Shown piece by piece: positions 47,725-58,082 of a DNA stretch of 64,000 bases. Under the pieces are notes generated by a model that worked only from the letters and a program-made list of their open reading frames with translations, had not been told where the DNA came from and did not search any database. Position 1 is the first letter of the stretch. Each line of letters begins with the position of its first letter. Position numbers and translations under genes: made by a program. Source of the DNA: Candidatus Latescibacterota bacterium (GTDB taxonomy: Bacteria > Latescibacterota > UBA2968 > GCA-2709665); contig OZ244744.1 of assembly GCA_965219455.1 (NCBI GenBank), positions 4,800,001 to 4,864,000 of the forward strand. The letters are read 5' to 3'.

Positions 47725-49071
47725 ATGGCCGAAGAACATAACGGGAGTTATCTTCCGGCGCAGGCCAGCGGCACGTTCCCGCCCGCCGTCATCGAGGACA
47801 TCCAGGTCAAGGCCGAACTGGGGCGGTACCGGATCCGGGGGTTCGGCACGTTGCGGGAGCGGCGGTGGCCGACATTCGACGACCTGACCTTTATTCCCTG
47901 CACGCTTACGCGTATTCCGCTGGAGGGATACCGTGAGCGCTGCTCGGCCAAAACGGTTCTTGGCGGGCGTTTTGCCGAAAAGCCCATCGTGCTGGATACG
48001 CCCATTATGATCACCGGCATGAGTTGGGGCGCGCTGTCCTTCAACGCCAAGGTGGCGCTCGCACGGGGCGCAAATATGGTCGGCTCCTCGAATACAACGG
48101 GCGACGGGGGGATGCTGAAGGCGGAGCGGGAGGAAAGCAACGTGCTGGTCTACGAGGTTCTGCCTTCCCGGTACGGAATTAACGTGCACGATCTCCGGGT
48201 TGCCGACGGGATCGAACTGACCATCGGACAGGGGGCGAAGCCCGGCACAGGGGGATTGCTGCTGGGCGCCAAGGTGCTCGGCGACGTGGCGTCGCAGCGG
48301 GATCTGCCCATCGGCGTGGACCAGCGGAGCCCTGCGCGGCACCCGGATTTCCTGGGTCCGGACGATATGATTATCAAGATCGAGGAGTTGCGCGAGGCAA
48401 CGGACTGGCAGGTTCCCATATTCGTCAAGATGGGCGCCACGCGTGTTTTCGACGACGTTCGCCTGGCGGCCAAGGCGGGAGCCGACGTGGTTGTGGTGGA
48501 CGGCATGGAGGGCGGCACGGGCGCCTCCGCGGAAATCTGCCAGGAGCATACGGGCATTCCCACGCTGGCGGCGGTGTGTGAAGCGCGGGCGGCCCTGGAA
48601 GATATCGGCATGTACGGGCAGGTGCAGTTGATCATCGCGGGCGGCATCCGGAACGGCGTGGACGCGGCCAAGGCCATGGCGCTGGGCGCCGATGCGGTAT
48701 ACATCGGAACGGCCGCATTGATGGCGTTGAACTGCAACAAACCCATTTTTGTGGACGACTACAAGGCGCTGGGCGCAGAGCCGTATCGCTGCCATCACTG
48801 CCATACCGGCCGATGTCCGGTGGGCATTACCACACAGGATCCCGATCTGATGGCGCGCCTCCACGTGGACGAAGCGGCTGAGCGGGTAGCCAACCTGCTC
48901 CAGGCCATGACGTCCGAAATTCAGATTCTGGCGCGGGCGTGCGGCAAGGCGGACGTTCACGATCTGGAGCCGGAAGATATGCGCGCGCTGACCTCCGAGG
49001 CGTCCATGATCTGCAATCTTCCACTCGTCGGAACGAACCGTGTCGTGGGGGGCGGGCCCGGCTGGAGATAG
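47725..49071 (+). CDS. FMN-binding glutamate synthase-like subunit (GlxD/MgsC-like)
   Basis: GMSWGALS, TTGDGG, GQGAKPG.GG, SPARHPD, DGMEGGTGA and CHHCHTGRCPVGITTQD motifs. Confidence 0.9.
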   Translation: MAEEHNGSYLPAQASGTFPPAVIEDIQVKAELGRYRIRGFGTLRERRWPTFDDLTFIPCTLTRIPLEGYRERCSAKTVLGGRFAEKPIVLDTPIMITGMSWGALSFNAKVALARGANMVGSSNTTGDGGMLKAEREESNVLVYEVLPSRYGINVHDLRVADGIELTIGQGAKPGTGGLLLGAKVLGDVASQRDLPIGVDQRSPARHPDFLGPDDMIIKIEELREATDWQVPIFVKMGATRVFDDVRLAAKAGADVVVVDGMEGGTGASAEICQEHTGIPTLAAVCEARAALEDIGMYGQVQLIIAGGIRNGVDAAKAMALGADAVYIGTAALMALNCNKPIFVDDYKALGAEPYRCHHCHTGRCPVGITTQDPDLMARLHVDEAAERVANLLQAMTSEIQILARACGKADVHDLEPEDMRALTSEASMICNLPLVGTNRVVGGGPGWR

Positions 49072-49120
49072 AAAATCCCGTTGTCCGGCGCCGGGCGGCG
49101 GCGGTCTAAAGGACAATATC

Positions 49121-50359
49121 GTGTCGTTCAAGCTGATTCGACAGGCGATGAATGGAAACGGGCTGTTGCCCAGGATGTGGCGGTCCCATCCCGTCAAGGA
49201 TCGCTACGACGTCGTCATTGTCGGTGGAGGAGCACATGGGCTCGCCTGCGCCTACTATCTGGCGGCCCAGCACGGTATCACGGATGTCGCAGTTGTTGAA
49301 AGAGGCTATATCGGTTCCGGCGGAAGCGGACGGAATACGGCAATTATCCGCAGCAACTATCTGACACCTGAAGGGGTGCGATTTTACGACGAAAGCGTGC
49401 GCCTGTACAAGCAGATGGCGACGGAACTGGATTTCAACGTCATGTTCAGCCAGCGCGGGCACCTGACGCTGGCCCATACCGACGGGGCGGTGCGCACGAT
49501 GCGCCGGCGGGCGGAGGTGAACAAGCTTCAGGGCGTGGATTCGGAGTTGATCCGGCCCGACGAAATTGAGAGGCTCTGCCCGGGCATCGACGTCAGCGAC
49601 CATCCCCGCTATCCGATCCTGGCGGCGCTTTACCATCCGCCGGGAGGAATCGTCCGTCACGACGCCGTCGTGTGGGGCTATGCCCATCAGGCCGACCTGA
49701 GAGGCGTGCATATCCACCAGCAGACCGCGGTGACCGGGATAGACGTGCAGGGTGACACCGTTGTGGGCGTGGAGACAACGGGGGGTTACATCAGGACCGG
49801 TACGGTGTTGAACGCAACGGCCGGGTGGGGGTCGACTATCGCCGACATGGCGGGCGTACGCCTGCCCCTCACCACGTTTCCGCTGCAGGCCTGCGTCACC
49901 GAGCCCTTAAAGCCCTTTCTGGACGTCGTCATCGTATCGGGAAGTCTGCACGTGTACGTGAGCCAGTCGGACCGCGGCGAGTTGGTGATGGGCGCAAGCG
50001 TGGATCCATATACCTCCTATTCGATGGATTCTTCGCTGTCGTTTCTGGAGGGCATTGCCGGGCACATGCTGGAGCTGTTCCCGTTCCTGAGCAAAGTGCG
50101 GGTGTTGCGGCAGTGGGCGGGGCTTTGCGATATGACACCGGATTACAGCCCCATAATGGGCTTTACTCCCGTGAGGGGTTTTCTTGTGGACGTGGGTTGG
50201 GGCACGTACGGCTTCAAGGCGTCCCCCATTTGCGGCCGGACGTTGGCGGAACTGATCGCCAGCGAACAGACGCCGGATCTGATTCAACCCTTCCGGCTGT
50301 CCAGGTTCGAGGAATTTGACCTGGTCGGCGAAAAGGGCGCGGCGTCGGTGGGTCACTAA
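49121..50359 (+). CDS. soxB: Sarcosine oxidase beta-like / N-methylglutamate dehydrogenase subunit
   Basis: GGGAHGLA, GSGRNTAIIRSNY, RHDAVVWGYA and GWGTYGFKA motifs. Confidence 0.88.
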   Translation: MSFKLIRQAMNGNGLLPRMWRSHPVKDRYDVVIVGGGAHGLACAYYLAAQHGITDVAVVERGYIGSGGSGRNTAIIRSNYLTPEGVRFYDESVRLYKQMATELDFNVMFSQRGHLTLAHTDGAVRTMRRRAEVNKLQGVDSELIRPDEIERLCPGIDVSDHPRYPILAALYHPPGGIVRHDAVVWGYAHQADLRGVHIHQQTAVTGIDVQGDTVVGVETTGGYIRTGTVLNATAGWGSTIADMAGVRLPLTTFPLQACVTEPLKPFLDVVIVSGSLHVYVSQSDRGELVMGASVDPYTSYSMDSSLSFLEGIAGHMLELFPFLSKVRVLRQWAGLCDMTPDYSPIMGFTPVRGFLVDVGWGTYGFKASPICGRTLAELIASEQTPDLIQPFRLSRFEEFDLVGEKGAASVGH

Positions 50360-50415
50360 AGGTCGGCTGTTCCATATACGCAGGCCTTTGCGCGAGTCCG
50401 GACTCTGAGCGCCTT

Positions 50416-50703
50416 ATGTTGATACTACCCTGTCCGAATTGTGGCGATCGAAACGTGAGCGAGTTTCGTTTCGGGGGTGAATACAATCCCAGACCTCCGG
50501 ATCCGGACGCGTGCGACGACGACGCGTTGGCCGCGTATCTCTATCTGCGCGACAACAAGCTGGGCGTGGAGAAGGCGTGGTGGTATCACCAGGCGGGATG
50601 CGGTCTGTGGTTCCTGGTGGAGCGGCACACCAAAACGCAGCAGGTGGTGAAATCGTACGTCTGGCAGGCGGACACGGTCGGGGAGGGTACGGATGGCGAC
50701 TGA
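50416..50703 (+). CDS. soxD: Sarcosine oxidase delta-like subunit
   Basis: CPNCGDR..SEF, YLYLRDN and WYHQAGC motifs. Confidence 0.88.
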   Translation: MLILPCPNCGDRNVSEFRFGGEYNPRPPDPDACDDDALAAYLYLRDNKLGVEKAWWYHQAGCGLWFLVERHTKTQQVVKSYVWQADTVGEGTDGD

Positions 50704-53617
50704 ATCGATTACCCGGGCTGTCCCCGGTACGGGTCCGGACAGGCTCCCGCCACAGAGTGGCGAGGTGATCGATCGCGGCGCCCGGGTTGCGTTTACCTTC
50801 GACGGGCGGGCTTTTATGGGATACGCGGGCGATACGATCGCATCGGCCCTGGCCGCCGACGGCGTCCGGGTCTTGAGCCGGTCGTTCAAGTATCACCGGC
50901 CCAGAGGTCTGTTGTGTTGCGCGGGTCAATGTCCGAACTGCCTGGTTCAGATAGGTGACGAGCCGAACGTCCGTGCCTGCACGCGCCGTGTGGAGGCAGG
51001 TATGGCCGTCCGGTCGCAGAACGCGCAGCCCTCGCTGGATCGGGACTTTCTTTCACTTACCCAACTGGCCGCGCCATTGATGCCGGTCGGTTTTTATTAC
51101 AAGACGTTCATCCGGCCCACCGCGCTGTGGCCATCCTTCGAACACGTGCTACGCCGCGCGGCCGGGCTGGGTAAAGTGGATCTCGCTTCGCGTCCGGACG
51201 CCTGCGACAAAGCGTATCTGCATGCCGACGTGGTGGTGGTGGGCGGTGGACCGTCGGGGATCGGTGCGGCCGTTGCCGCAGCCGAAGAGGGCGCACGCGT
51301 TGCGCTTTTCGACGTCGAACCGTCTCTGGGTGGACGCCTGCGCTTCTCTCCTTCCCAGTCCGGCTGCGTGGAGGAGTTGCTGGCTTCGGTGGCGAACCGG
51401 TCGGATATTGCGGTCTATACGGATACGGCCGTTGTGGGTTGGTACCAGGATAACTGGCTGGCCGCGGCAACGGGTTCGCGATTGTTCAAAATACGGGCGA
51501 AATCCGTGGTTGTTGCAACCGGCGCGATCGAAACGCCGCTTTTGTTCGACCACAACGACCTGCCGGGGGTGATGCTGGGCAGCGCCTCGCAGCGCCTGAT
51601 CCATCTTTACGGCGTGAAGCCGGGCGAAAAGGCGCTGGTGGTAACGGCGAATGACGACGGATGGGACGTGGCTGCAGACCTGGCCGAGGCGGACATCGAC
51701 GTCGCCGCAGTTGTGGATGAGCGGCATTCGTGTACGAGTCCGGCCGCTGATGAGTTGATTTCCCGTGGCGTGCCCGCGTGGTTCCGACACACGATTCTCG
51801 AAGCCGTCGGGTCAAAGCGAGTTCGGGCCGCCAGGGTCGCCCGGATCGATCCGTTGGGAGAGGCGGATCGATCCGCGGCGCGAAACCTGGCGTGCGATCT
51901 GATTGTCGTGAGCGTGGGTTGGACGCCGGATCTGGCGCTGTTCCACATGGCGGGCGGCGAATCGGTATACGACGCACAACGGTCGGAACCGCAGGCGACA
52001 GCCGCGCCGAAGGGGATGTTCGTGGCGGGTCGTGCCGCGGGCGCCCACACGGCCCCATGCGCCCTGGACGAGGGGCGGATCGCGGGAAAGAGGGCCGCGG
52101 CCTCCTCGGGCTTCGGGAATGGACCCGGCGGGTCTGAGGTTTCCGATCTGCTCGCGCGGAAAGCCGGGGAGCCGGTGCGAACGTCGGCCCGTACGATGGT
52201 TCCGGGCAAGAAAAAGCGGTTTCTGTGTTATTGCGAAGACGTCACCGACGTGGATCTGCAGACGGCAATCGCGGAGGGGTACGACAGTCTCGAACTGCTG
52301 AAGCGGTACAGCACGATTTCCATGGGCCCGTGCCAGGGCAAAATGTGCTCCATGAATACGGTGCATTTATGTGCACGGGCGAATGGAAAGCAGGTGCAGG
52401 AAACGGGCAAAACGACGTCACGTCCGCCCTTCGTGCCGGTACCGCTGGGCGCGTTGGCCGGGCAGAACATGGAGCCCGTGCAGATGTCTCCCGCGCATCA
52501 ATGGCACCTGGACCGGGGCGCCAACATGATGGTGGCGGGACTCTGGTTGCGCCCGGAAGACTATGGAGACGCCACGGCCGAGGTGAAGGCCGTGCGCGAG
52601 CGGGTTGGGCTGATGGACGTCAGTACGCTGGGCAAGATCCAGTTGACGGGGCCCGGAGCGCCTGAATTGCTTGAAAGGCTGTACGTCAACCAGTGGCGGA
52701 AGCTGGGCGTCGGCCGCGTCCGGTACGGCCTGATGTGCAACGACGAAGGGGTGGTGATGGACGACGGGGTGTGCGCCCGCATACAGGAGAACGAGTGGTA
52801 TATGAGTACCACCTCCACGGGGGCGACGACGGTGTTCGAATGGATTCAATGGTGGGTGCAGTCAGGCTGGGGAGAAGGGGTGCACGTCGTCAACCTCACC
52901 GATTCCTACGCGGCGTTCAACCTGGCGGGACCCAGGTCGAGGGACGTGCTGCAGCGTCTCACGGACCGGGACCTGAGCAACCGGAAGTTCCCCTACATGC
53001 GGGTGCGGTCGACCCGCGTCGCGGGGGTGTTGTGCCGGGTATTGCGCATCGGGTTTACGGGCGAGCTTTCCTACGAAATTCACTGTCCGGCGTCATACGG
53101 CATGCATGTCTGGGAGGCACTGATGGCGGCGGGGGAGGAATTCGGCATCGCGCCGTTCGGAATGGAGGCCCAGCGTGTGCTCCGCCTGGAGAAGGCGCAT
53201 ATCATCGTGGGTCAGGACACCGATGCGTTGTCCGATCCCTTTTCCGCGAATATGGAATGGGCCGTGAAGATGAACAAGCGGGATTTTCTGGGCAAGCCCA
53301 TGCTGACCAGGATTTCGGAACGCGGAATCGGCCAGCGGCTCGTGGGGTTCAGGATGGCGCGACGGGACGTGGTGCCGGAGGAGGGTCTGCAGGCGGTGCG
53401 TCCTGATGGGAACGGAAAGCAGGAGATCATCGGCTGGTTGACTTCCTGCCGGCTCAGCCCGGCGCTGAACGAGACCATCGGCCTGTGCTGGCTGCCCGCA
53501 CACGTGGCCGCGGAAGCGGGAACGCCGTTTCAAATTCGCAGAGATGGCGAACTTGAAGGTGCTTATGTTCACCACGGGCCTTTTTACGACCCCGAAGGAG
53601 AAAGGTTGCAGATGTGA
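50693..53617 (+). CDS. soxA: Sarcosine oxidase alpha-like subunit (2Fe-2S/FAD/aminomethyltransferase domains)
   Basis: SRSFKYHRPRG, GFYYKTF, KRYSTISMGPCQGK, DVSTLGK, GFTGELSYE and LRLEK motifs. Confidence 0.9.
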   Translation: MATESITRAVPGTGPDRLPPQSGEVIDRGARVAFTFDGRAFMGYAGDTIASALAADGVRVLSRSFKYHRPRGLLCCAGQCPNCLVQIGDEPNVRACTRRVEAGMAVRSQNAQPSLDRDFLSLTQLAAPLMPVGFYYKTFIRPTALWPSFEHVLRRAAGLGKVDLASRPDACDKAYLHADVVVVGGGPSGIGAAVAAAEEGARVALFDVEPSLGGRLRFSPSQSGCVEELLASVANRSDIAVYTDTAVVGWYQDNWLAAATGSRLFKIRAKSVVVATGAIETPLLFDHNDLPGVMLGSASQRLIHLYGVKPGEKALVVTANDDGWDVAADLAEADIDVAAVVDERHSCTSPAADELISRGVPAWFRHTILEAVGSKRVRAARVARIDPLGEADRSAARNLACDLIVVSVGWTPDLALFHMAGGESVYDAQRSEPQATAAPKGMFVAGRAAGAHTAPCALDEGRIAGKRAAASSGFGNGPGGSEVSDLLARKAGEPVRTSARTMVPGKKKRFLCYCEDVTDVDLQTAIAEGYDSLELLKRYSTISMGPCQGKMCSMNTVHLCARANGKQVQETGKTTSRPPFVPVPLGALAGQNMEPVQMSPAHQWHLDRGANMMVAGLWLRPEDYGDATAEVKAVRERVGLMDVSTLGKIQLTGPGAPELLERLYVNQWRKLGVGRVRYGLMCNDEGVVMDDGVCARIQENEWYMSTTSTGATTVFEWIQWWVQSGWGEGVHVVNLTDSYAAFNLAGPRSRDVLQRLTDRDLSNRKFPYMRVRSTRVAGVLCRVLRIGFTGELSYEIHCPASYGMHVWEALMAAGEEFGIAPFGMEAQRVLRLEKAHIIVGQDTDALSDPFSANMEWAVKMNKRDFLGKPMLTRISERGIGQRLVGFRMARRDVVPEEGLQAVRPDGNGKQEIIGWLTSCRLSPALNETIGLCWLPAHVAAEAGTPFQIRRDGELEGAYVHHGPFYDPEGERLQM

Positions 53618-54294
53618 GTACGTGGGCGGCGCCGGTGAAATTGTCGCCTCTTCACGCAACGGCGCAGGATCTCGGGGCAGGCTTTGCGAAAACTTCCGGA
53701 TGGCAGATTCCAGAGGTCTATTCGACGCTGGAAGCAGAGATATCCGCCGCGGAACGGGGCGTGGCTCTGGCCGATGAGACGGCAAACGGCAAGATCCGGG
53801 TCGAGGGAGAAGAAGCGGAAGCGGCGTGGGGACCGCGGCAGGTGGAAATCGGCGGACGGGTGGTGGTCGACTCGTTACACGCGTATCGGCTTCGCAGCGA
53901 TTGTTTTTTCGTAAGCACCCCGCCGGGGCGGGATATCCCGGCCCGCAGGACACTGATGGACCGGGCGTCCGATCAATTCGTTACGGTGACGAATTTAACC
54001 CATGCCTGGTCCGAGATCCGGGTTGTCGGGTCGGCTGCTTCGACGCTGATGAGCAGGGTATGCGGGCTGGATTTCGAAGGCGGCGCGTTTCCGGACGGCG
54101 CCGCGAAGCAGACCAGCGTCGCCAGGACGACGCAACTCGTCATTCGACGGGATGCTGTCGATCTGCCGGCCTATTCGATTCTCGGAGCGCGGTCCCTGGC
54201 ATCGTATCTGTGGGATATTCTCATGGAGGCCGGAACCGATTTACAGATCGCGCCGATCGGCCTGGGCGCCATCCGCGCGCTCGAGTCCCGGTAG
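53614..54294 (+). CDS. soxG: Sarcosine oxidase gamma-like subunit
   Basis: GcvT-like fold, RSLASYLWD.L motif and position after soxA. Confidence 0.8.
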   Translation: MSTWAAPVKLSPLHATAQDLGAGFAKTSGWQIPEVYSTLEAEISAAERGVALADETANGKIRVEGEEAEAAWGPRQVEIGGRVVVDSLHAYRLRSDCFFVSTPPGRDIPARRTLMDRASDQFVTVTNLTHAWSEIRVVGSAASTLMSRVCGLDFEGGAFPDGAAKQTSVARTTQLVIRRDAVDLPAYSILGARSLASYLWDILMEAGTDLQIAPIGLGAIRALESR

Positions 54295-54339
54295 GTATCG
54301 GCGAAGAGATAACGTTTTTTTAGATAGGAAGGGTCGTCT

Positions 54340-55821
54340 ATGTCGAACCAGGCCGCAACGGATCTGGAGGCATATGTCTCGGCCGCCGGTCGGGACGAGC
54401 GGGTGCGTGAAGTGCGTGAAAAGATCGACGCGCTTGGAATCACCTACATCTACTACCAGTTTATATCGGTGACCGGCCGGGTGGTGGGTAAAGGCATTCC
54501 GGCGGACCACTGGGAACGGATCGCGGATCGCGGATTTCAGCTGGTGTACGGGGCAACGGCCAACCTGTTCATGGACCGGTACGACAACTACATCGGATAC
54601 GGTCCGGAGGCGTCGGAACTCGTGGGAATTCCAGACCCGGAGACCTTCGTGCAATTGCCGTGGGACAAACGCCTGGCGCGGGTCTTCTGCACACTGTTCC
54701 GCAACCGGGACGAACTGGAAAATCCCGGCGGCTTCCTCACGTCGGACTGCAGGGGCAATCTCCGGCGCATCCACGCGCAATTCGCACGGGATCACGACGG
54801 ACTGCACATGCGCCATGGCGCCGAACCGGAGATGATGTGGCTGCAGAAAGGGCCCGACGGCAAACCCGCGGAGGGCTTCAGCAAACCCTACTGCTACCAC
54901 ATCGATCAGTTCGAGTCCCTCAGGCCGGTGGTGATGAAGGTGATCGAATACGGCAGGGCAATGGGGCTGGACATGATCCAGGGAGACCACGAAGACGCGC
55001 CGGGACAGTTGGAGTTGAACTTTACCTTTGACGATGCGCTCGCTACCTGCGACCGTCTGACCACGTACCGGCAGATTTGCGCCCAGGTGGGAAGGGAGCA
55101 AAATCTGATCGCCTGTTTCATGTGCAAGCCGTTTATGGGCGTATCGGCATCGGGTTGCCACCACAATCTCTCGCTGTGGCGGGGGGGCGAAACCGTGTTG
55201 AATCCCCTCGGCAACGACACGCTGCCCGGGATGGATGAGGTATTCAGCTACCGGGAAGGCGGGGAGAATGCGTTCGAGCCGCTGCCCGGCAAACGGGAGC
55301 CCGCGCCCACCGGTCTGCAGTGCATCGGCGGGGTGATCGAACATCTCCAGGCGCTGACGGCCATCGGGTGTTCCACCGTAAATTCCTACCGGCGATTGTG
55401 GGAGACGGGTTTCTGGGCGCCCGTTTATTCCGACTGGGGGTATCAGAACCGCACATGCGGGTTGCGGGTATCCGGGCCGGGCCGTTTCGAATACCGTGCC
55501 GTCGACGCGATGGTGAACCCCTATCTGATGGCGGGTGCGTTGCTGAAGGCGTTTGACGACGGCATCCGGCGCGAACTGGATCCGGGCGAGCCGGAGCACC
55601 GCAACATTTACGAGGCGATCGAAGAGGGGAAGGAAGTGACGAAGTTGCCGGTCACGCTCGGCGATGCGCTGGACAGGCTGGAGCAGGACGAGGTGATCCG
55701 GTCCTCGCTTCCGCACGAGATGTACGACGTTTACATGCATTACAAGCGGGACGAGTGGGAGCGGTTTCTGGCAACGGTGACCGACTGGGATCTGGAGACC
55801 TACTGGGATTGTCTGCCATAG
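54340..55821 (+). CDS. Glutamine synthetase-like gamma-glutamyl-amine ligase (candidate GmaS-equivalent)
   Basis: GAEPE, HEDAPGQLE, FMCKPF, SGCHHN, NSYRR, NRT and EYRAVD..NPYL motifs, inside an N-methylglutamate-type cluster. Confidence 0.85.
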   Translation: MSNQAATDLEAYVSAAGRDERVREVREKIDALGITYIYYQFISVTGRVVGKGIPADHWERIADRGFQLVYGATANLFMDRYDNYIGYGPEASELVGIPDPETFVQLPWDKRLARVFCTLFRNRDELENPGGFLTSDCRGNLRRIHAQFARDHDGLHMRHGAEPEMMWLQKGPDGKPAEGFSKPYCYHIDQFESLRPVVMKVIEYGRAMGLDMIQGDHEDAPGQLELNFTFDDALATCDRLTTYRQICAQVGREQNLIACFMCKPFMGVSASGCHHNLSLWRGGETVLNPLGNDTLPGMDEVFSYREGGENAFEPLPGKREPAPTGLQCIGGVIEHLQALTAIGCSTVNSYRRLWETGFWAPVYSDWGYQNRTCGLRVSGPGRFEYRAVDAMVNPYLMAGALLKAFDDGIRRELDPGEPEHRNIYEAIEEGKEVTKLPVTLGDALDRLEQDEVIRSSLPHEMYDVYMHYKRDEWERFLATVTDWDLETYWDCLP

Positions 55822-56139
55822 TGTTCCCTTCCGGAAATATGTCACGATTCAACCGCCGGTTCATCCCCTCTCTCTGAGTTGCTTGCGCTGCCTGTTCTGC
55901 CTGCACTGAGCTTGTCGAAGTGGCCTGTCGAAACAAGCTTGTCGAAGTGTATTCGCTCGCCGAAACGTGGTCATTGAGCTTGTCGAAATGCCCGCGTTTC
56001 GCTATCCGGTCGATGCCGATCGACAATCCTTCGCCGACCCTTCGACAAGCTCAGGGAGCGGCTCACGGCTCAGGCGCCTGGAGAGCCCGGCGATTCGACG
56101 GCCGAATCCAGGCAATCTGTTTCCAGGACAGAACACCAT
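55818..56139. mobile_element. MITE-like element, copy 3 (inverted), containing REP-like repeats
   Basis: ATAGTGTTCCCTTCCGGAAATA … TGTTTCCAGGACAGAACACCAT, with several GAGCTTGTCGAA / TTCGACAAGCTC units inside. Confidence 0.68.
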
Positions 56140-56152
56140 AAACGAGGCGCGT

Positions 56153-57088
56153 ATGTGCGGTATCGCGGGGATTATCCACCGGAACAAGACGGGTCGAATC
56201 GGGAACGAGATGACGATGATGCTTCAGGCGATGAAGCACAGGGGTCCGGATTCCACGGGTTTCGCGGTCTACGGTGCGCCGGCCGCCGGCGTCCTTGCGA
56301 TGCGTTTCAAGGCGGCCGAGAAGGAAGACCTGGGGTCCGGGTTTGAAATCCAGGATCAGATCGCGCGGCGCAGGGTGGAGGTGGATGAGCGGATCGGGTC
56401 GATGGGGGGCGAGATCCTCACGGCGGAACAGCCGACGGAGTACGCGTTCCTGTACCGCGTCAGATACGACGGGGATCTGCGTCGTTTCGCGGATTTCATC
56501 GAAGACGTGGAAGGCGTCGAAATCCTGTCCATCGGCAGCGCGCTGGAACTCGTCAAGGATCTGGGCGATGCCATCGAGGTGAGTGAGCAGTACGGTATGG
56601 GTTCGTTTTTGGGCACCCACGCGATCGGGCACGTTCGCATGGCCACCGAGTCCGACGTGGACATTCGTTCCGCGCATCCTTACTGGGCGTATCCATTTGG
56701 CGATATCTCCGTGGTACACAACGGGCAGTTGACCAATTACTGGTCCAAGCGCCGCGACCTCGAGCGCCGGGGGCATCGCTTTGTGTCGGATTGCGATTCG
56801 GAACTGATCGCGGTCTATGTTGCGGACAGCCTGGATCGATCCTTTTCTCTGGAAGAATCGATGGTGCGATCCGTAAGCGAACTGGATGGCGTATTCACGT
56901 ATCTGGTCGCGACAAGGGACAGCCTGGGTCTGGCCAAAGACACCATGGCGGCCAAACCCATGGTGCTCTACGAAGGCGAAGAGCAGACCCTGCTTGCCTC
57001 GGAGGAAGTGGCGATCCGGACGGTTTTGCCCCAGGAAATCGAGACCGTGGACCCCTACGCGGGAGAAGTGCGGGTATGGCGGAATTAG
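56153..57088 (+). CDS. Class II glutamine amidotransferase-like subunit, copy 2
   Basis: MCGIAG, RGPDSTG, GHVRMATES, HNGQLTNY and CDSE motifs. Confidence 0.88.
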   Translation: MCGIAGIIHRNKTGRIGNEMTMMLQAMKHRGPDSTGFAVYGAPAAGVLAMRFKAAEKEDLGSGFEIQDQIARRRVEVDERIGSMGGEILTAEQPTEYAFLYRVRYDGDLRRFADFIEDVEGVEILSIGSALELVKDLGDAIEVSEQYGMGSFLGTHAIGHVRMATESDVDIRSAHPYWAYPFGDISVVHNGQLTNYWSKRRDLERRGHRFVSDCDSELIAVYVADSLDRSFSLEESMVRSVSELDGVFTYLVATRDSLGLAKDTMAAKPMVLYEGEEQTLLASEEVAIRTVLPQEIETVDPYAGEVRVWRN

Positions 57089-57933
57089 ATACTGACCGAG
57101 ATAAGGATCACCGGTCCTACAGGATGGGGCTGCACGACGAGCCGCTCGCGCAGCGCACGAATCGGGTCTTCTTCCGGGCCGAAGCAGGAGAGGACCTGGT
57201 GTACCCGGGGAGTCTTCGTGTGGACGTCGGCAGGCGCATCGAGTTCGATGCCGCGCCGATGTCGATTCAGGAGGTGAACCGCAGAATCCGGGCGTTGATG
57301 GAAGAAGGTTACGGCCACATTGTGGTGCGAAATCCGAACGCCAAACACTCGCTCGGCGCCGGTATTCTGAATCGGCTGACGTTGGACTTCGAGGGGTCGC
57401 TCGGTTATTTCGCGGTGGGCCTCATCGATGGACCGAACGTAAGGATCAGGGGGCGGGTGGGCTGGTCGTGCGCGGAAAACATGATGGCGGGCACCGTGGT
57501 TGTGGAGAAGAACGCCGGGTCGTCGTTCGGCGCGGCGCTGAGGGGCGGCGACCTCGTGTGCAAAGGAGACGTCGGGGGGCGGACCGGAATCAACATGAAG
57601 GGCGGGACGATCCTGGTCGCGGGGCGAACCGGAATTCTGTCCGGGTTCATGATGCAGCGCGGGCGGATGGTCGTTCTGGGAGACGCCGATGAGAGTCTCG
57701 GAGATTCGATGTACGACGGTACGATTTACGTGGGCGGGCGGATCAGGTCGCTGGGCGTGGACGCCGTACGTGCGGATTTGACGGACCTCGAGGTCGCCTG
57801 GCTGGGCCGTAAGTTGGAGCTGTACGGCCTCGAGGCCCCGGAAGGCGTCGGCAACCTGAAGAAGGTTGTTGCGGGCAGGCAACTCTGGAATTACGACAAC
57901 CTGGAACCGGCGGAGAAGAAGATGGTCCTTTAA
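57076..57933 (+). CDS. GXGXG-repeat subunit, copy 2, with an N-terminal extension
   Basis: Same repeat fold and KKVVAGRQLWNY end, with about 50 extra N-terminal residues. Confidence 0.85.
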   Translation: MAELDTDRDKDHRSYRMGLHDEPLAQRTNRVFFRAEAGEDLVYPGSLRVDVGRRIEFDAAPMSIQEVNRRIRALMEEGYGHIVVRNPNAKHSLGAGILNRLTLDFEGSLGYFAVGLIDGPNVRIRGRVGWSCAENMMAGTVVVEKNAGSSFGAALRGGDLVCKGDVGGRTGINMKGGTILVAGRTGILSGFMMQRGRMVVLGDADESLGDSMYDGTIYVGGRIRSLGVDAVRADLTDLEVAWLGRKLELYGLEAPEGVGNLKKVVAGRQLWNYDNLEPAEKKMVL

Positions 57934-58082
57934 GGGTCGCTGCCGGGTACGCCATCGGCCGCGTCGTACGGCGCTGCGGGGCGAGGTTTCCGGAACCGTA
58001 CCCGGACGCCGTCGTGCACCGCCGCAGTCACTGTCACGGCTGGAGATTTCAGGATCGCAATCCACCTTTTCAGGAGGGGAAT

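Noticed and set aside
55905-56075. Repeated GAGCTTGTCGAA units as a CRISPR array
   Set aside because: The units are short, irregularly spaced and in both orientations, with no cas genes. They fit a REP-like cluster.
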